A stretch of 64,000 nucleotides of DNA from Rhizophagus irregularis (lineage: Eukaryota). Both the position numbers and the translations under genes were made by a program. Shown here piece by piece: positions 1-12,596 of this stretch; position 1 is the stretch's first letter, and every line of letters begins with the position of its first letter. The stretch covers positions 2,418,001 to 2,482,000 of the forward strand of contig NC_089429.1 of the NCBI RefSeq assembly GCF_026210795.1. Reading direction: 5' to 3'. Below the pieces are notes generated by a model. That model was not told where the DNA came from, did not search any database, and was given only the letters and a program-made list of their open reading frames with translations.

Positions 1-60
1 ATCCTGATTATTAGAGGAAAGAATTTTTTCTCCCTGCAAAGGATTTTCTTTCGAAAAACT

Positions 61-1790
61 AGTTGGAGTGATTACCTGTGTTATGTGACAAATTGTTCAT
101 TTCTGCGAAGTGATGATGATCCCCAAATGGCCGACTGTTTCTCATGGACTATCTGTTGACCAATATTTGTATCGTGACATGTATTAGTTGTTTTGTTGCT
201 GTAGCTAACAGTTTCAGGTTGAATATACAGCTAGCACTCTTAATGTCCGTAGTACTGTGAATCTGAGGGGACCATGAAGAGATGTATTAGATGGAACACA
301 ATCTATTTTCGTGTCCTCGTTTGCTTCTGCTAAAGAATTGTCATCGTGTTCTGTAACCGGAAATCTGTTAACGAACAAGTCGTTTCTATGGACATCAACT
401 GCCGTGCCTAAGGACTGACTAAGAGGAGATATTTTCTTGTGAAGGGACTGCTTATAATTAGTGTACCTATGATTCGGATACATTGAGTAGGATTGAGAAA
501 CCAATCTCTCTAGGCAGGCGTAATTGAACTTTATGTGCAAAAATTTTTGTTTCACTATAGTCGGCTACGTAAAAGGAGACAGATTGTATATGGTAACTGT
601 AAGACCAAATGTCAAGAGTATTGCGTCCACATTCTTCCATGATCCTTGAGACTCTTAGGTGTATCTCTTCGGTCACTGAAACTAGCGTGGAACTCTTCAA
701 CGATCACATTCCTTGGAATCTTGGACCGTGACGAAAAATCTACTAAATCTACTTGTATTTTTGATGACTGGAGCAAATACCCCATAAAATATTTTTCAGA
801 AAAATGATCACGTGTCTGAGTTTCTTAGAAAAATGATCATTTATTGGAGTTTTTTTCCAGTAGGGATATTCAAGTACAGTTCCATTATGCTCCCAAAATT
901 CTTCACGGAAATCATACACTCTATAGCCGCGGGTATTATTGTCTTGCACTATCAACTTTGTGGACAACTCCTCGTAAAGATCAGTAAACAGTTTTTTCTA
1001 CTCCGGTCATCTTTTTTATATTAATCCCATTTTTTCAAATAGATGAGAAAAAAAATTTGACCGTATAAGATAGTAAAAACGGACATAGAGGATTATAGAA
1101 CATCAGTCCCGTTCTTGCCAGCCACCGAAGAAACAATTTACGTGGTTCTTAAACCTTCAAGTTCTGGAAGTATTCAAAGTACATTGATATAAAAATAAAT
1201 CCGTTTTCCGTAGTTAATATGAACATATGATAGTTTGTCGATAAATGCACCCACTTGAAAGTCTCGACACTATGGTGATGTAGTAGCACCATTGCTACTG
1301 AAATAGTAACTCGCTCTCTCATTGCTTGCCCTTATTTGTCAACTAATGCTCAAACTGTTCGAAAACAAAAAAATGTTACTATGTATTATCCTTTCTCGAA
1401 AATTTTGTGCCATGTCAAAGATATCATCATCCTTTGTGGAATGCTTTGTAACAGTTCTTTAAAATTAATAAAAGACAAACACAATAAATGCAATAGCAAA
1501 TAATACATACTGATTTGTGCGTGAATAAAAAATATGTCTGCATCAGTTATCGCAAGCAATGGCCGGGAGAGATATTTTCTTATGGCGATTCATTTGAACA
1601 GGTGTTGTATTTTAAACCAAGTAAAATACGTTAAAATAAATTTACGGATATTACGAATGGTACACTGGTTTTAAATGTCACTTATTCTGTCTTTAAAGAA
1701 TCTCCGATTAACGTAACACTACTGAAACGAAGATAATCTCTATCGCAATGTGTCTTTCGTAGTATGTTCGACATATTTTCTTTTTGCAAA
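61..1790 (-). pseudogene. Degenerate coding remnant of unknown family, interrupted by a MITE
   Basis: Higher GC than its flanks. Protein-like fragments appear in shifting minus frames (e.g. ELVTKHSTKDDDIFDMAQNFRERII, LSTKLIVQDNNTRGYRVYDFREEFW) with many stops. Family not recognised. Confidence 0.25.
780..865. mobile_element. Short MITE, family A (internally deleted copy)
   Basis: Shares AAAATGATCACGTGTCTGAGTTTCTT...AAAAATGATCATTTAT and CCC(T)ATA...TAGGG ends with 10489-10596. Confidence 0.6.
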
Positions 1791-1840
1791 GACTTTTTTA
1801 CAATATAAATAATAACTCACAAGTATTTCCTAAGTTAGGG

Positions 1841-1937
1841 CCTATAAAAAAAATTTTTTAGAAAATTGATCACATCGGAGTTTTTTTGCTAGAAAAATGA
1901 TTATTTATCGGAATTTTCCCCGGAAAATTTTTTAGCG
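1841..1937. mobile_element. Short MITE, family A (degenerate copy)
   Basis: CCTATAAAAAA start and TGATCAC..CGGAGTTTT..CTAGAAAAATGATTATTTATCGGA core, as in 10489-10596. Confidence 0.5.
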
Positions 1938-2364
1938 AGAGAATAAGTAAAAAGATATCAATAACCTATCCCGGAGAAATTTTATTCCAGGTGTCATAGT
2001 AATGCGTTCGTCATTTTTATGAAATATTCGTTATACAAGTACACATGTTTAAATGTTGCTAATTCCTACAATCCTACATGATCGTATATATTATATTATA
2101 ATTAAGATTGTATTGGGATACAATACTGGTCAAGTTCTTTATGTTGTATCTGTAAACATGTTATTGAGAATAAGAAACAGAGATTAAAAAATAGTTACAA
2201 AATTTTAAAAAGAACTTGCGAATCGAATCATTAACGCAAAAGGTTCTGATTTTACATCAGTTGAATTGACGAGTCATTAAAAGAATTTACACGATTTTAA
2301 ATTTTTTAAATTAGTTAAAAAATACAAATAAATATAATAACCCTCTAGTTTAATTCCTATAAAT

Positions 2365-3445
2365 TTAATGATATATCATAACTATTCCACTAACAAACAT
2401 AATAAATAAAGTTACACCAATCATTTTATAAATATATATATGTCCAATGTATAAAGTTATACCGGAACTCATGGAAATTGGTGTTGGTAATGATTTGGGT
2501 GTAATATTATCTGCAAGAGAATTGGTGGTTGAAGACGTTCCAGAAGGAGTATTAATATTTGAAGATGTGAAAGTAACTATACTATCATTATTATTTTGCG
2601 GATTATTATTATTTATAACTTCTTTTGGATTATTATCTTGAGAATTCGTTGAATTATTATCAAATAGAGCTTCTTTTGGATTGTTATCACTGAGAGTATT
2701 TGTTGGAGTTTTGCCACTTTGACTATTTGTTGGATTGTTACCACCTTGATCGTTTGTTGGATTTTTGCCACCTTGACTATTTGTTGGATTGTTACCACCT
2801 TGATCATTTGTTGGATTTTTGCCACCTTGATCATTTGTTGGATTTTTGCCACCTTGACTATTTATTGGAGTTTTGCCACTTTGACTATTTGTTGGATTGT
2901 TACCACCTTGATCGTTTGTTGGATTGTTACCACCTTGATCATTTGTTGGATTTTTGCCACCTTGATCATTTGTTGGATTTTTGCCATTTTGACTATTTGT
3001 TGGATTTTTGCCGCTTTGGTCATTTGTTGGATTATTTGTTGAACCCCTTGTAAAACAAAAATATATATTTGGATAAATCAAAATAAAGAAAGAGAAGAGA
3101 ATATAAAGGAGGTACTTACGTAGGAGTATTGTTTTTAGGTAAAAAGGTATGATCGGAACCTCCAGTAGGAGATGGTGATCCGGTTCCACCTCTTGAATTT
3201 TTTTTTTTTTTAAAAAAAATATAATATAACAAAATAAAATAAAATATCAAATTTTTTTAGTAGGAAAAATTAATTTTTACAAAACAAAAATATATATATA
3301 TTCATCTTAATTTTGCTTACGGATTTGTAGATGGATCGTTTTCGTTTTCATTTTCGTCATTCACATCATCTTTATGATGATGAGAGACTACCAATAAAAA
3401 TGAATTTAAAATTAAAAAACAAATTAAAAATTTAAAATATCTCAT
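2365..3445 (-). CDS. Secreted, tandem-repeat, Asn/Thr/Ser-rich cell-surface protein with a hydrophobic C-terminus (GPI/TM-like), about 292 aa, 3 exons
   Basis: Exons 3445-3321, 3191-3120 and 3046-2365 join in frame at GT-AG introns. The N-terminus MRYFKFLICFLILNSFLLVVS is signal-peptide-like. It has about 12 copies of NPTN(D/S)Q(G/S)G(K/N) and a C-terminal hydrophobic stretch MIGVTLFIMFVSGIVMIYH. Confidence 0.75.
2680..3040. repeat. 30-bp coding tandem repeat (about 12 copies)
   Basis: Unit approximately TTTGTTGGATTTTTGCCACCTTGATCA/GACTA, repeated at a 30-nt period. Confidence 0.9.
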
Positions 3446-4779
3446 TATTTATTATTTATTATTTTTCCTTTTTTTTTTCTTAAAAAATAATAATAATAAT
3501 AATAATCATAATAAAGAAGAGAAAAAAGGTAATTTAATACCAATTCAATCTTATTAATCTTGTTTTTTATTTATTATTATTACCATTTGTGGCTTGATAT
3601 AAATCTATAATAAACCATTTACGGAAATTTGTTGTGGCTTTTATAATGTTCCGTGATTTAAAATAAAAATATATATATAATTTAACCAAGCCTTCGATAA
3701 AATTATGTAATTATGTGTGTAAGGCTTAGCAATATATTTTTACCGAAAATCCCAGTTTTCATAGATCAAGATTATTTTGATATAATTCGGATGATTTAAT
3801 TATATATATTTTTGCTTATGAGAAATATATATCACAATTTGCGGTTATTTTACGAGTGAACGCAAAAATCTTTCTTTTGAAGGGACTTAATCTAGTAAAA
3901 TTAGCTTTCGATATAACGAATCCTCCAGTTTTCACCTTAAATTCGTGTGAGAATACTACTGTATAATGAAGAACTTTAAAAGAATTTAATTGGTTCATTA
4001 TTTATAACGATAAAATTTCGAGTCGATGTATAATTTCTAGCGACATAAATTTGCGTCTTATAGTGACAGCCAACGAAAATATATCAAAATTATAACCAGG
4101 CTAAACCCAAATAATACATGTAATATATAGAATTAATAGGAACAAATGCTATTATGTATTTGCTATACTACAGGTAGAAAATGTAGACTATAATAAAGAC
4201 GAGATTGACGAGATCTCAATCACAAAGTGGATTTTATTTGTGACGGGACGTTCGCCTAAAATAAATCATTTAGGTTCTATAATAGTTTGCGAAATTTCAA
4301 TCTCATGTCGCACAGCCCCATTGTGATCGTCTCAGCGGAGCGGAATATAGTACCGCGTAGTGTCCGTAGTGTCCTCGTATACAATAAAAAGTCTGGATCG
4401 GGTATACAAGCACAATTCTGCCACATTACACAAAAAAATCAAACTTTATATATTTGTAACTTATAAAGACAAATATCATTTTATATATGTTTATAATGTA
4501 CGAAAAAAAAATTTTATATTGACATAATGTATATAATACATAATAGATGGTTTATAAGTATTAATCTTGTGTAAATTTTGAGATAGAATCAGCGGGGAAT
4601 GAATAAACTCTAGTCATATATTACGTTAGCCTTGAAGTGATATTATCATTCGTCACCGCATTTGGCATTGAAGTATCCAATGCGACAATGCGTTATCATC
4701 ACCCGTTTCTAAAATTTCTTTAAATCATTTGACATGATTTACATCATTTAAACATTCAATATGTGCGTATAACGCAGAA

Positions 4780-5500
4780 GAAATTGACGAATGTTAGCTA
4801 ATGCTTCTAGCACCGTTCGTCTCCCATTTGGTTTGGTTCTATTAGTAAATATAAGCCTTTCGCTTACCATTCTTTGGCCGTCTTTTAGCAATAATCTCCG
4901 TTTTCGATAACTACATCTAATTCGTCACAATATTCTGCAGGGATCACTGCCTTGCAAAATGTCACATATGTTGAGATGACGCGCATAGCAAATATCGTCT
5001 CCTCTTTCTAGTGGCATAATCTGCGCGGCAATTTGTGTTCCTCAAAACGTTTTCCTGAATAGATTTGGAAAACAATCGCAAACATTAAATGTTCAGACCT
5101 CTGTAGACATTGTATTTAATTTCCGATTAGTAACCACAAATTCGAGATCTGCTGAAACGCGAGGCTTTGCTTTAATGACTATTCTGCATAGCGGACTGAA
5201 TGAATGTGAAAGTCTTTGATTCTTTGTGCCTGTCGCTACCTTTTCATTCTCCACACGTCACGCATTTATCGATGAAACTCTTTGAAAGTAGCTAGTTTGA
5301 AGTTCACATTCAATAGTTTAACATCTTTTTCGTCGAAATCTAATGCTGAAGCAGCCTTAGTTAATCTTAGTTCTCTTAGTTCACTTATTTCCTGAGAAAA
5401 GTAACCTAGGAGAGGAAAGGACTGTTGGTCGAGAAAGCCTGATAATATGATGGAACAGCGAGAACATTTTGAAAAAAATTGTGTGGAGAAAAATTGAACA
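4780..5500 (-). pseudogene. Degenerate copy of a Glomeromycotina multicopy hypothetical protein
   Basis: Fragments TQIAAQI and ETIFAMRVISTYVTFCKAVIPAEY lie in different frames with stops. The family link is from recall only. Confidence 0.3.
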
Positions 5501-5832
5501 CAAAGTCAAACTAATAACACGTCTGATTAACGAGACATTGTAGCAAATAATTCGTATAAATTCGCACCTATTTTTTTTATGCTTATTAGTAATACTATAG
5601 ATAAACGTCATTACCATACGAGTTATGAGAGAAATGTTACACACTTTCATCAAAGAGGATCCTAGTTCCTAGATGAGTTCTCGCGTCAAATTATTTCTTT
5701 ATTAGTATAGTGATACTGTAAAGTACGATTATCCCACACTTGACAATCTCCAAAAGATATCGCGTTATCTCACACCCAATTTGAAGAATAAGAAATTCTT
5801 TATTTATAAAATAGATTATACATATAAAATTA

Positions 5833-7506
5833 CTAATACATTTCATTTATAAATTCACGTACTTCAATATTTAAATCATAATAATTTTGAACTATAATGT
5901 TATGTAATCTAAATTCCTTTACTTCATCTTTCAAAGAAAACAAATCATCATTTTCAATAGGAGTTTGAATAAAAAAATATTCTAAAAAAGCAAAATATTT
6001 GATTCTTTTCTTTTTCATTATATATTCCTTTATATAAGGTAAAATATTCTTTTTTTCTGATTCTTCTCGTTTCCCATTTCTAATATTTTTAATTAATAAT
6101 TTCTTAATAAAAATATCTTGTGAATTTTTCAAAAAAATTTCAAAATCATTTGTATTGATTTCAAGAGATAAACTTAAATATTCTAATTTAGTAGGGAGAA
6201 TTTGTCCTAAATTTTTTAATACAATTGATCCAAGTTTATCATCATAATGACTTTCGATAGCGAGATAATTAAGACTTAATTCAACTTGTTTAATCAAATT
6301 GAATATTTTATAAATAATTTGATTATCAAATCCAGAGAATTTTAAAAATTTGATTTTTGAATTACAATATTTTATGGATAATTCCAATATTTCTTGTAAT
6401 AATTCATCTTCAAGTCCAAAATTTTCCAAATAATCACCAGATTTTTGTAATAATAATTCTAATGGTTTAATTAATGGTTCATTCATAAATAAAGATTTCA
6501 ATTTAAATGGTTTTGTCAAATTAGAAATTTGTTGAATAAAATTACTAGAATCTAGAGAATAACAATAAAGAATATGAATAGATTCCAAAACATTTAATTG
6601 ATCAAGTACTTCATTTAAAACAACTATATCTTTAAAACTAACATGATAAAATATAATTGTCCTTAAACTATTTATACAATTAGGGTTCTTTAAAGATAAT
6701 AATGAATGATATAAAGGAAGATCATTAAAACATAACGAAATTTTTTTTAAATTTTGTTGTGAATCAATAATTTGTGATAAATGTTTTTCGGTTGTTGTGT
6801 AATAATACCAAGGAAATAAAAAATAAAGTGATGAAATAGAATTGCAATTAGAATAAAGAAATATCATAAATTTTGTTATATTATCATTTGCTGGATCAAA
6901 ATCGAGTGTTAAATTTCTAATATTACGAATAAAATTTGGATTTTGTAAAATTAATTCAAAAGTATCATTAAAATATTCTAAATCATTATCAATAAGCATC
7001 GTAACTTCAAGGGTATTTATATCTGCTTCTTTTTCAATAAATAATCGAAATAATGACCTATAAATCATTTTTGTATATTTTAAAGATTTTTGATCAACGT
7101 TTTCTCGTACAAAAATGTTGGAAAATTGCTCTTTAACTGTTGAAATTCTGACAGTTGCAACCCACTTTTCAATAGAATCACTAATTTTACGAGTATCTAA
7201 ATGTTGAGTAAAACTAGGATAATTAAATAATGTATTTGAAAGAAATGAATCATTACTAATTCCATATTCATTTAATTGTGATCTATCATAATCATTTAAA
7301 TTATGTAAATAAACTTCGATATAACGATAATTTTTAGGATATCTTAAAGAAAATGGATTTTCCCATAATAATGGAATTGCCAAACGACACCATATTCTAT
7401 TAACTAAAATACATGAATGTAATGTTGAAAAATCATTCTGAAAATATTGTATAATTTCATTTATTATTTCTGGTAAATCTCCTAAAAATATTTTCGTATA
7501 TGCCAT
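5833..7506 (-). CDS. F-box domain / leucine-rich (RNI-like) repeat protein, 557 aa, intronless
   Basis: The N-terminal GDLPEIINEIIQYF..LHSCILVNRIWCRLAIPLLW is an F-box motif followed by LxxLxL-type repeats. ATG at 7506 (MAYTKIF) matches the paralogue starts. Confidence 0.85.
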   Translation of the reverse strand: MAYTKIFLGDLPEIINEIIQYFQNDFSTLHSCILVNRIWCRLAIPLLWENPFSLRYPKNYRYIEVYLHNLNDYDRSQLNEYGISNDSFLSNTLFNYPSFTQHLDTRKISDSIEKWVATVRISTVKEQFSNIFVRENVDQKSLKYTKMIYRSLFRLFIEKEADINTLEVTMLIDNDLEYFNDTFELILQNPNFIRNIRNLTLDFDPANDNITKFMIFLYSNCNSISSLYFLFPWYYYTTTEKHLSQIIDSQQNLKKISLCFNDLPLYHSLLSLKNPNCINSLRTIIFYHVSFKDIVVLNEVLDQLNVLESIHILYCYSLDSSNFIQQISNLTKPFKLKSLFMNEPLIKPLELLLQKSGDYLENFGLEDELLQEILELSIKYCNSKIKFLKFSGFDNQIIYKIFNLIKQVELSLNYLAIESHYDDKLGSIVLKNLGQILPTKLEYLSLSLEINTNDFEIFLKNSQDIFIKKLLIKNIRNGKREESEKKNILPYIKEYIMKKKRIKYFAFLEYFFIQTPIENDDLFSLKDEVKEFRLHNIIVQNYYDLNIEVREFINEMY

Positions 7507-8967
7507 AGTGTAAGCGAAAAAGAAAATGGGGAGTTTCAATTTTTTTTTTAAAAAAAATTATGCCGAAAGTGGTTATTTATATTTTTTTTTTCGGAGCTTA
7601 TTCCGATTATATTGTCGTACAAAATTTACGTTGATCCTTTTAATGTACCTCACGACATGCATTTACCTGTTATAAAATCAACGAATAACGTTAGGACAAA
7701 TATATCACGATCTTCCACCCTAGTCATAGTAAAAAAAAAGTGTGTATAGTAAATTAATACAGTACGGTAATACAAATTAGTACGGACGCTCAAAAAAAAA
7801 TAATTTTTTCGTACCTTTAAAAATAAATTTTATTTTCCATACTAGTAAATTTACATCGAACATCATGTGATCAAATAATATACTATGGACTCCATAGACT
7901 TTTTTTCTTTTTTTTTAACCGAAAAAATTATTTTCCAGATCGCTTATCCCTGGCTTTTGTTTGAATGCTAATTACAAAAATAAATTAAAGTATTATTCAC
8001 TTTCTTGTTAATGTCCTTACTGTTCTTGGCGGAAAAGTTTAATATTTTCTTGGAGTTGCGCTAGATTGGAGGATTTGGTAATATATTTTTTTCATTCTTT
8101 GGTTTTCTTCTCTCTTAAATAATCTCAGCACAACTAACAAGTTATAATATTTAATTACTCTAGGAAGTGGCCAGAGTTGAGTTTTCAGTTTGGATTTTTG
8201 CTTCGGCTTCCTCTGTTGTTTTTATAAAGTCTTTCCTCATGGAAGAAATAACTTCTGCCAATTCGACTAATGAATAATTGACAATTCAAGTTGAGCAGGC
8301 TGATTACCTTGAGGACGATGTTGTGGTACGAAATTCAAAATTATACAAAATTTAAAGTTGCACGAAATATTCTAAACTTTCGTACGTACTAGTATAATTT
8401 TTATTGGATTTTGTAAACGTACGTACTATTAAAATATAAGGGCGTACGTCCGAACTTACATCAACTTACTGTAGTACTACTTTACTTACTACCTGTGAAA
8501 AAAACCCAAAGCGTTATTTGATTATGTAATTATGGTGTAAATGTTGTGCTGCAGCTAATAAAAAATGACCGTTAGTACGTGATTATATTTGTCCGAAGTT
8601 ATGAAAAGAATTACGACGTATCGTCGTATCGCCCGAGGTTATGATCATCATAAATTTTAAAAAACAAATACACGTGACATTTAAATTATTTACATTTAGA
8701 GTTTTATCACTTTGTTATGTGCCAACCCCTCCACTTAATTTACAAATTTCCTTATAAAAATTAAAAATGGACAAGTTGCAAAAAAAAAAAAGGTTTTTTA
8801 TGATTTTATTGATGCATATTTAAGATAAAATTTATCAAATTTTGGTATAGTAATGTGGATATTGATGATAAATTAGCATCATTTAAATTGTATTTTTGTT
8901 GAGTAGAAAATAATTAAAAATACTAATACCATAATTGTGAGAAAATGTTTACTATATCCTGGATACC

Positions 8968-9105
8968 TCACTTTAATTTATAAATAAATAAATGATATTT
9001 AGAAAATAAATTATATATATATGTGTATTTATTATATAAAGATAATGACCAGTACATTTCATTTTATAAATTCATGATTTAAATCATTATAATTTTGAAC
9101 TAAGC
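8968..9105 (-). pseudogene. 3' fragment of an F-box/LRR paralogue
   Basis: Matches the stop codon region and 3' flank of the 10959 gene (GATAATGAC.AGTACATTTCATT..ATAAATTCATGA..TTAAATCATTATAATTTTGAAC). Confidence 0.6.
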
Positions 9106-10488
9106 TCAAATAATTTATAGATAAAATAATAGGAATTATCCGAGGCCACCCCTATTACGTGATTTTGAAAATAACATTTGATTGGCTAGATATTATGCGT
9201 TACGTGATATATTTTATTTCATGTATTCCTATTGCAACGTAAAAGCAAAACCTTAAATGAGTATAATTATAACTAATTTTTTAAATTTTATGGTATTTCA
9301 TATTATTAAAGCTCGAACGGCTGTACGACTATAACATGATCTTACAGCCTTGTTTATACAATAAGTGAAGCTGTCATTATGGAATAGCATTTATAGGAGA
9401 CGAAATTAAAATTGATAAGAGCAATATTATTTAATCAATGACAACAATTAATATCAACCAAATGAGCGAAACAAAATCAAAACATCACAAAATCCGAACA
9501 AAATAAACAAAATGTCAAAAGAAAACAGATCCAAAAAATGAATTAAAGCTCAAAGAATAAAAAAATTACTAAGTGAATAAATGAAATATAATTCCAAAAA
9601 TAAGGAAAAAAAAACGAATTTTAACCCAAATGAATAAAGAAAACAGATGGAAAAATGAAATCAAAGCCAAAGAAAGATAATTAAAACCAAAAATAGAAGA
9701 AATGCCCAAGTGTAGAAGGAATCAAAAGAAAGTAAAAGTCGACCAAGAGAAAGTAGAAGGTAAAACCCGACAAGAAAATAGAAAATAAAACCAACCAAAA
9801 GAAAATGGACTGTTATTGAATGAAAATGAAATCCCAAAAATCCAAAGTGTCTGAATACTGAAACACACTGTTCACTAGGTAGATAGAATGCCGAACTAGA
9901 AGCTTGAAAAATAAAAAGTGAAGAAGAAATAGTTAACTAAGGAATAAAATACAAAAAAGTTCGTTGAAGTTTAATAAAATAAACCTCTCCAACAAGTCAA
10001 TCAACGCAAGTTAACAAAAAGAAATGTTGCCTAAAAAAACTTATTAAAAAAAGAAGAATCAGTTAACGAAAAGAAATGCATATAACACTAAAGAAACATA
10101 AGAAACCTACCGCCGAGAAGCGCGTCTCAAAAACACTAGTCACTGATAAACCAATCAAAGTTTAGTTCGAACCACGTGATTGATAGGTGGCAAAAATATG
10201 TACCACCGAAAAATAATAATTCTAAAAATGGAGTAATTATTTAACAAAACTTTATACTTTGTAGAATTCTAGTTATATTTGCGACAAGAATGTCAAGTTA
10301 AGTCAAAGTGGTAAATTCTTTAAGATTTGGAATGCAACAACTGTAGTTTTGGTATATATAATGTTTCACAGTATATTGTACTGAGATCTAAAGTTAAAAT
10401 ACTTCAAATCCATCTGGTATATTATCAACTGGAATTGGATAATATTGTATACAATAAATTTGTCTTTAGTTGATAGGTCTTCCTTTAT

Positions 10489-10596
10489 CCCTATAAAAAA
10501 TTTTTCAGTAAAATGATCACGTGTCTGAGTTTCTTCGGAACAAAAACTAGAAAAATGATCATTTATCGGAGTTTTTTCCAGAATTTTTTTATAGGG
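10489..10596. mobile_element. MITE family A, about 108 bp, TIR CCCTATAAAAAA (Tc1/mariner-like, TA context)
   Basis: Terminal inverted repeats CCCTATAAAAAA / TTTTTTATAGGG followed by TA. Two further copies occur in the window. Confidence 0.7.
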
Positions 10597-10958
10597 TATG
10601 ATATTTTCTTTATATAACTTGATTTAGTTAAGTTGTAATAAAGCATAAATGAATCACCAATTGTTTACTAAGTTCAGCCAGTCCATTAAGCAGTGAATTA
10701 TAATAACTTTATAGTAGAGAGACATATACTATGAAATATTCCAATTAAAATTCTTATATGCAAAAAGGCAGTTTGTATATTTATCAAAATATAACTTTAT
10801 TAGTTGTAGGTATGTTTATGAAGACAAAATTTATAAAATTTAAGTATATTATGTACAGTAAAGTCAAATGACCAAAAATCCTATAGCTATATATTTATAT
10901 ATCTCACTTTATTTATATAAATGATATTTAGAAAATAAATTATATATGTAGATAATGA

Positions 10959-12596
10959 CTAGTACATTTCATTTATAAATTCATGAATTACAATATTTAA
11001 ATCATTATAATTTTGAACTATAATATTATATAATTTAAATTCTTTTACTTCATCTTCCATAGAAAACAAGTCATCATGGTTAAAACTTTGAGTAAAACAT
11101 TCTTGAAAAGCAAAATACTCGGCTCTTTTCTTTTTCATAATATATTCCTTTATATAAGGTAAAATATTCTTTTCTTCTTCTTTTTCTCGTGTTTCATCTC
11201 TAACATTGCTGATTAATAACTTCTTGGTATAAGTATTTTGAAAATTTTTTATAAATATTTCAAAATCTCTTTTATTAATTGTAAGAATCAAATTCAAATA
11301 TTCTAATTTAGGAGGAAGAACTTGTCCTAAATTTTGTAATATAATTGAACTAAGTTCATAACTTTCAATGGTGAGGTAATTAAGATGATGATTAATATTT
11401 TCGATTAAATGAAGTGTCATATTAATATCGTCATTAAGATCATCTAATTGCAAGAAATTAATATTTTTACAATATTTTATTATTAATTCTGATACTTGTT
11501 GTATAAATTCATCATGTTCAAGTCCAAAGTTTTCTAAATATTCACCAGATTTTTGTAATAATAATTGTAATGGTTCAATTAATACTTCATCCATAATTAA
11601 AGACTTTAATTTGAATGGTTTAGTCATACTAATAATTTGTTGAGTAAAATTTGAATCTAAAGAGAAACAATAAAGAATATGAATAGATTCCAAACAGTTT
11701 AATTGTTCAAATACTTCATTCAAAACAACTATATTCTTGAAATTAATATAATAAAATATAATTGTTCTCAAAGTATTCATACAATTTGGATTCTTTAATG
11801 ATAATAATGAATGATATAAAGAAAAGTTACAATTATAACTAAAGTAAACTTTTTTGAGATTTTTTTGTGAATCAATCATACGGGAAAAATGTCTTTCAGT
11901 AGTTGAATTACAAGATGATGGAAAGAGGAAATAAAGTGATAAAACAGAATTGCAATTAGAGTAAAGATATTTCATAAATTTTGTTATATTTTCGGTTATT
12001 GGTTCAAAACAAAGTGTTAAATTTTTAATATTACGAAGTAGATTTTGATTTTGTAAAATTAATTCAAAAATTTCTTTAAAATATTCTAAATCATTATCAA
12101 CAAGCATTGTAAATTTAAAAGTATGTATATTTGCTTCGTTTTCAATAAATAATCGAAATAATGACTTATAAATCATTTTTGTATATCTTAAAGATTCATG
12201 ATCAACAATTTCTGATACAATAGATTGCTCTTTAACTGTAACAGCTGCAACCCACTTTTCAATAGAATCACCAATTCTACGGGTATCTAAATGTTGAATA
12301 AAACTAGGATAATTAAATAATGTATTCGAAGGAAATAAATCATTATTAATTCCATATTCATTTAATTGTGTTTTATAATCATCATTTAAATTATATAAGT
12401 AGACTTCAATATAACGATAATTTTTAGGGTATTGCAGTAAAAATGGATTTTCCCATAATAATGGAATTGCCGAACGACACCATAATCTATTTACTAGAAT
12501 ACATGAATATAATGTTGAAGAATCATACTGAAAATATTGTATAATATCACTTATTATTTCAGGAAAATCTCCCGAAAATATTTTCGTACATGCCAT
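10959..12596 (-). CDS. F-box domain / LRR-like protein, 545 aa
   Basis: Intact ORF, paralogous to the 5833 and 52790 genes along its whole length. Confidence 0.85.
   Translation of the reverse strand: MACTKIFSGDFPEIISDIIQYFQYDSSTLYSCILVNRLWCRSAIPLLWENPFLLQYPKNYRYIEVYLYNLNDDYKTQLNEYGINNDLFPSNTLFNYPSFIQHLDTRRIGDSIEKWVAAVTVKEQSIVSEIVDHESLRYTKMIYKSLFRLFIENEANIHTFKFTMLVDNDLEYFKEIFELILQNQNLLRNIKNLTLCFEPITENITKFMKYLYSNCNSVLSLYFLFPSSCNSTTERHFSRMIDSQKNLKKVYFSYNCNFSLYHSLLSLKNPNCMNTLRTIIFYYINFKNIVVLNEVFEQLNCLESIHILYCFSLDSNFTQQIISMTKPFKLKSLIMDEVLIEPLQLLLQKSGEYLENFGLEHDEFIQQVSELIIKYCKNINFLQLDDLNDDINMTLHLIENINHHLNYLTIESYELSSIILQNLGQVLPPKLEYLNLILTINKRDFEIFIKNFQNTYTKKLLISNVRDETREKEEEKNILPYIKEYIMKKKRAEYFAFQECFTQSFNHDDLFSMEDEVKEFKLYNIIVQNYNDLNIVIHEFINEMY

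Noticed and set aside
2680..3040. Possible CRISPR-like array
   Set aside because: Contiguous coding repeats with no unique spacers, in a eukaryotic context.
2447..3053. Alternative-frame ORFs over the 30-bp repeat (DYLLDFCHL..., TLIICWIFA...)
   Set aside because: Shadows of the coding repeat. Only the NPTN frame links to a signal peptide through canonical introns.
7507..7539. ORF-track start for the first F-box gene (MKLPIFFF...)
   Set aside because: It is a non-ATG start. Paralogues begin at the Met equivalent to 7506.
9300..10200. A-rich, strand-biased block, possibly an LTR or retroelement remnant
   Set aside because: Could not find matching termini, a TSD or coding motifs.
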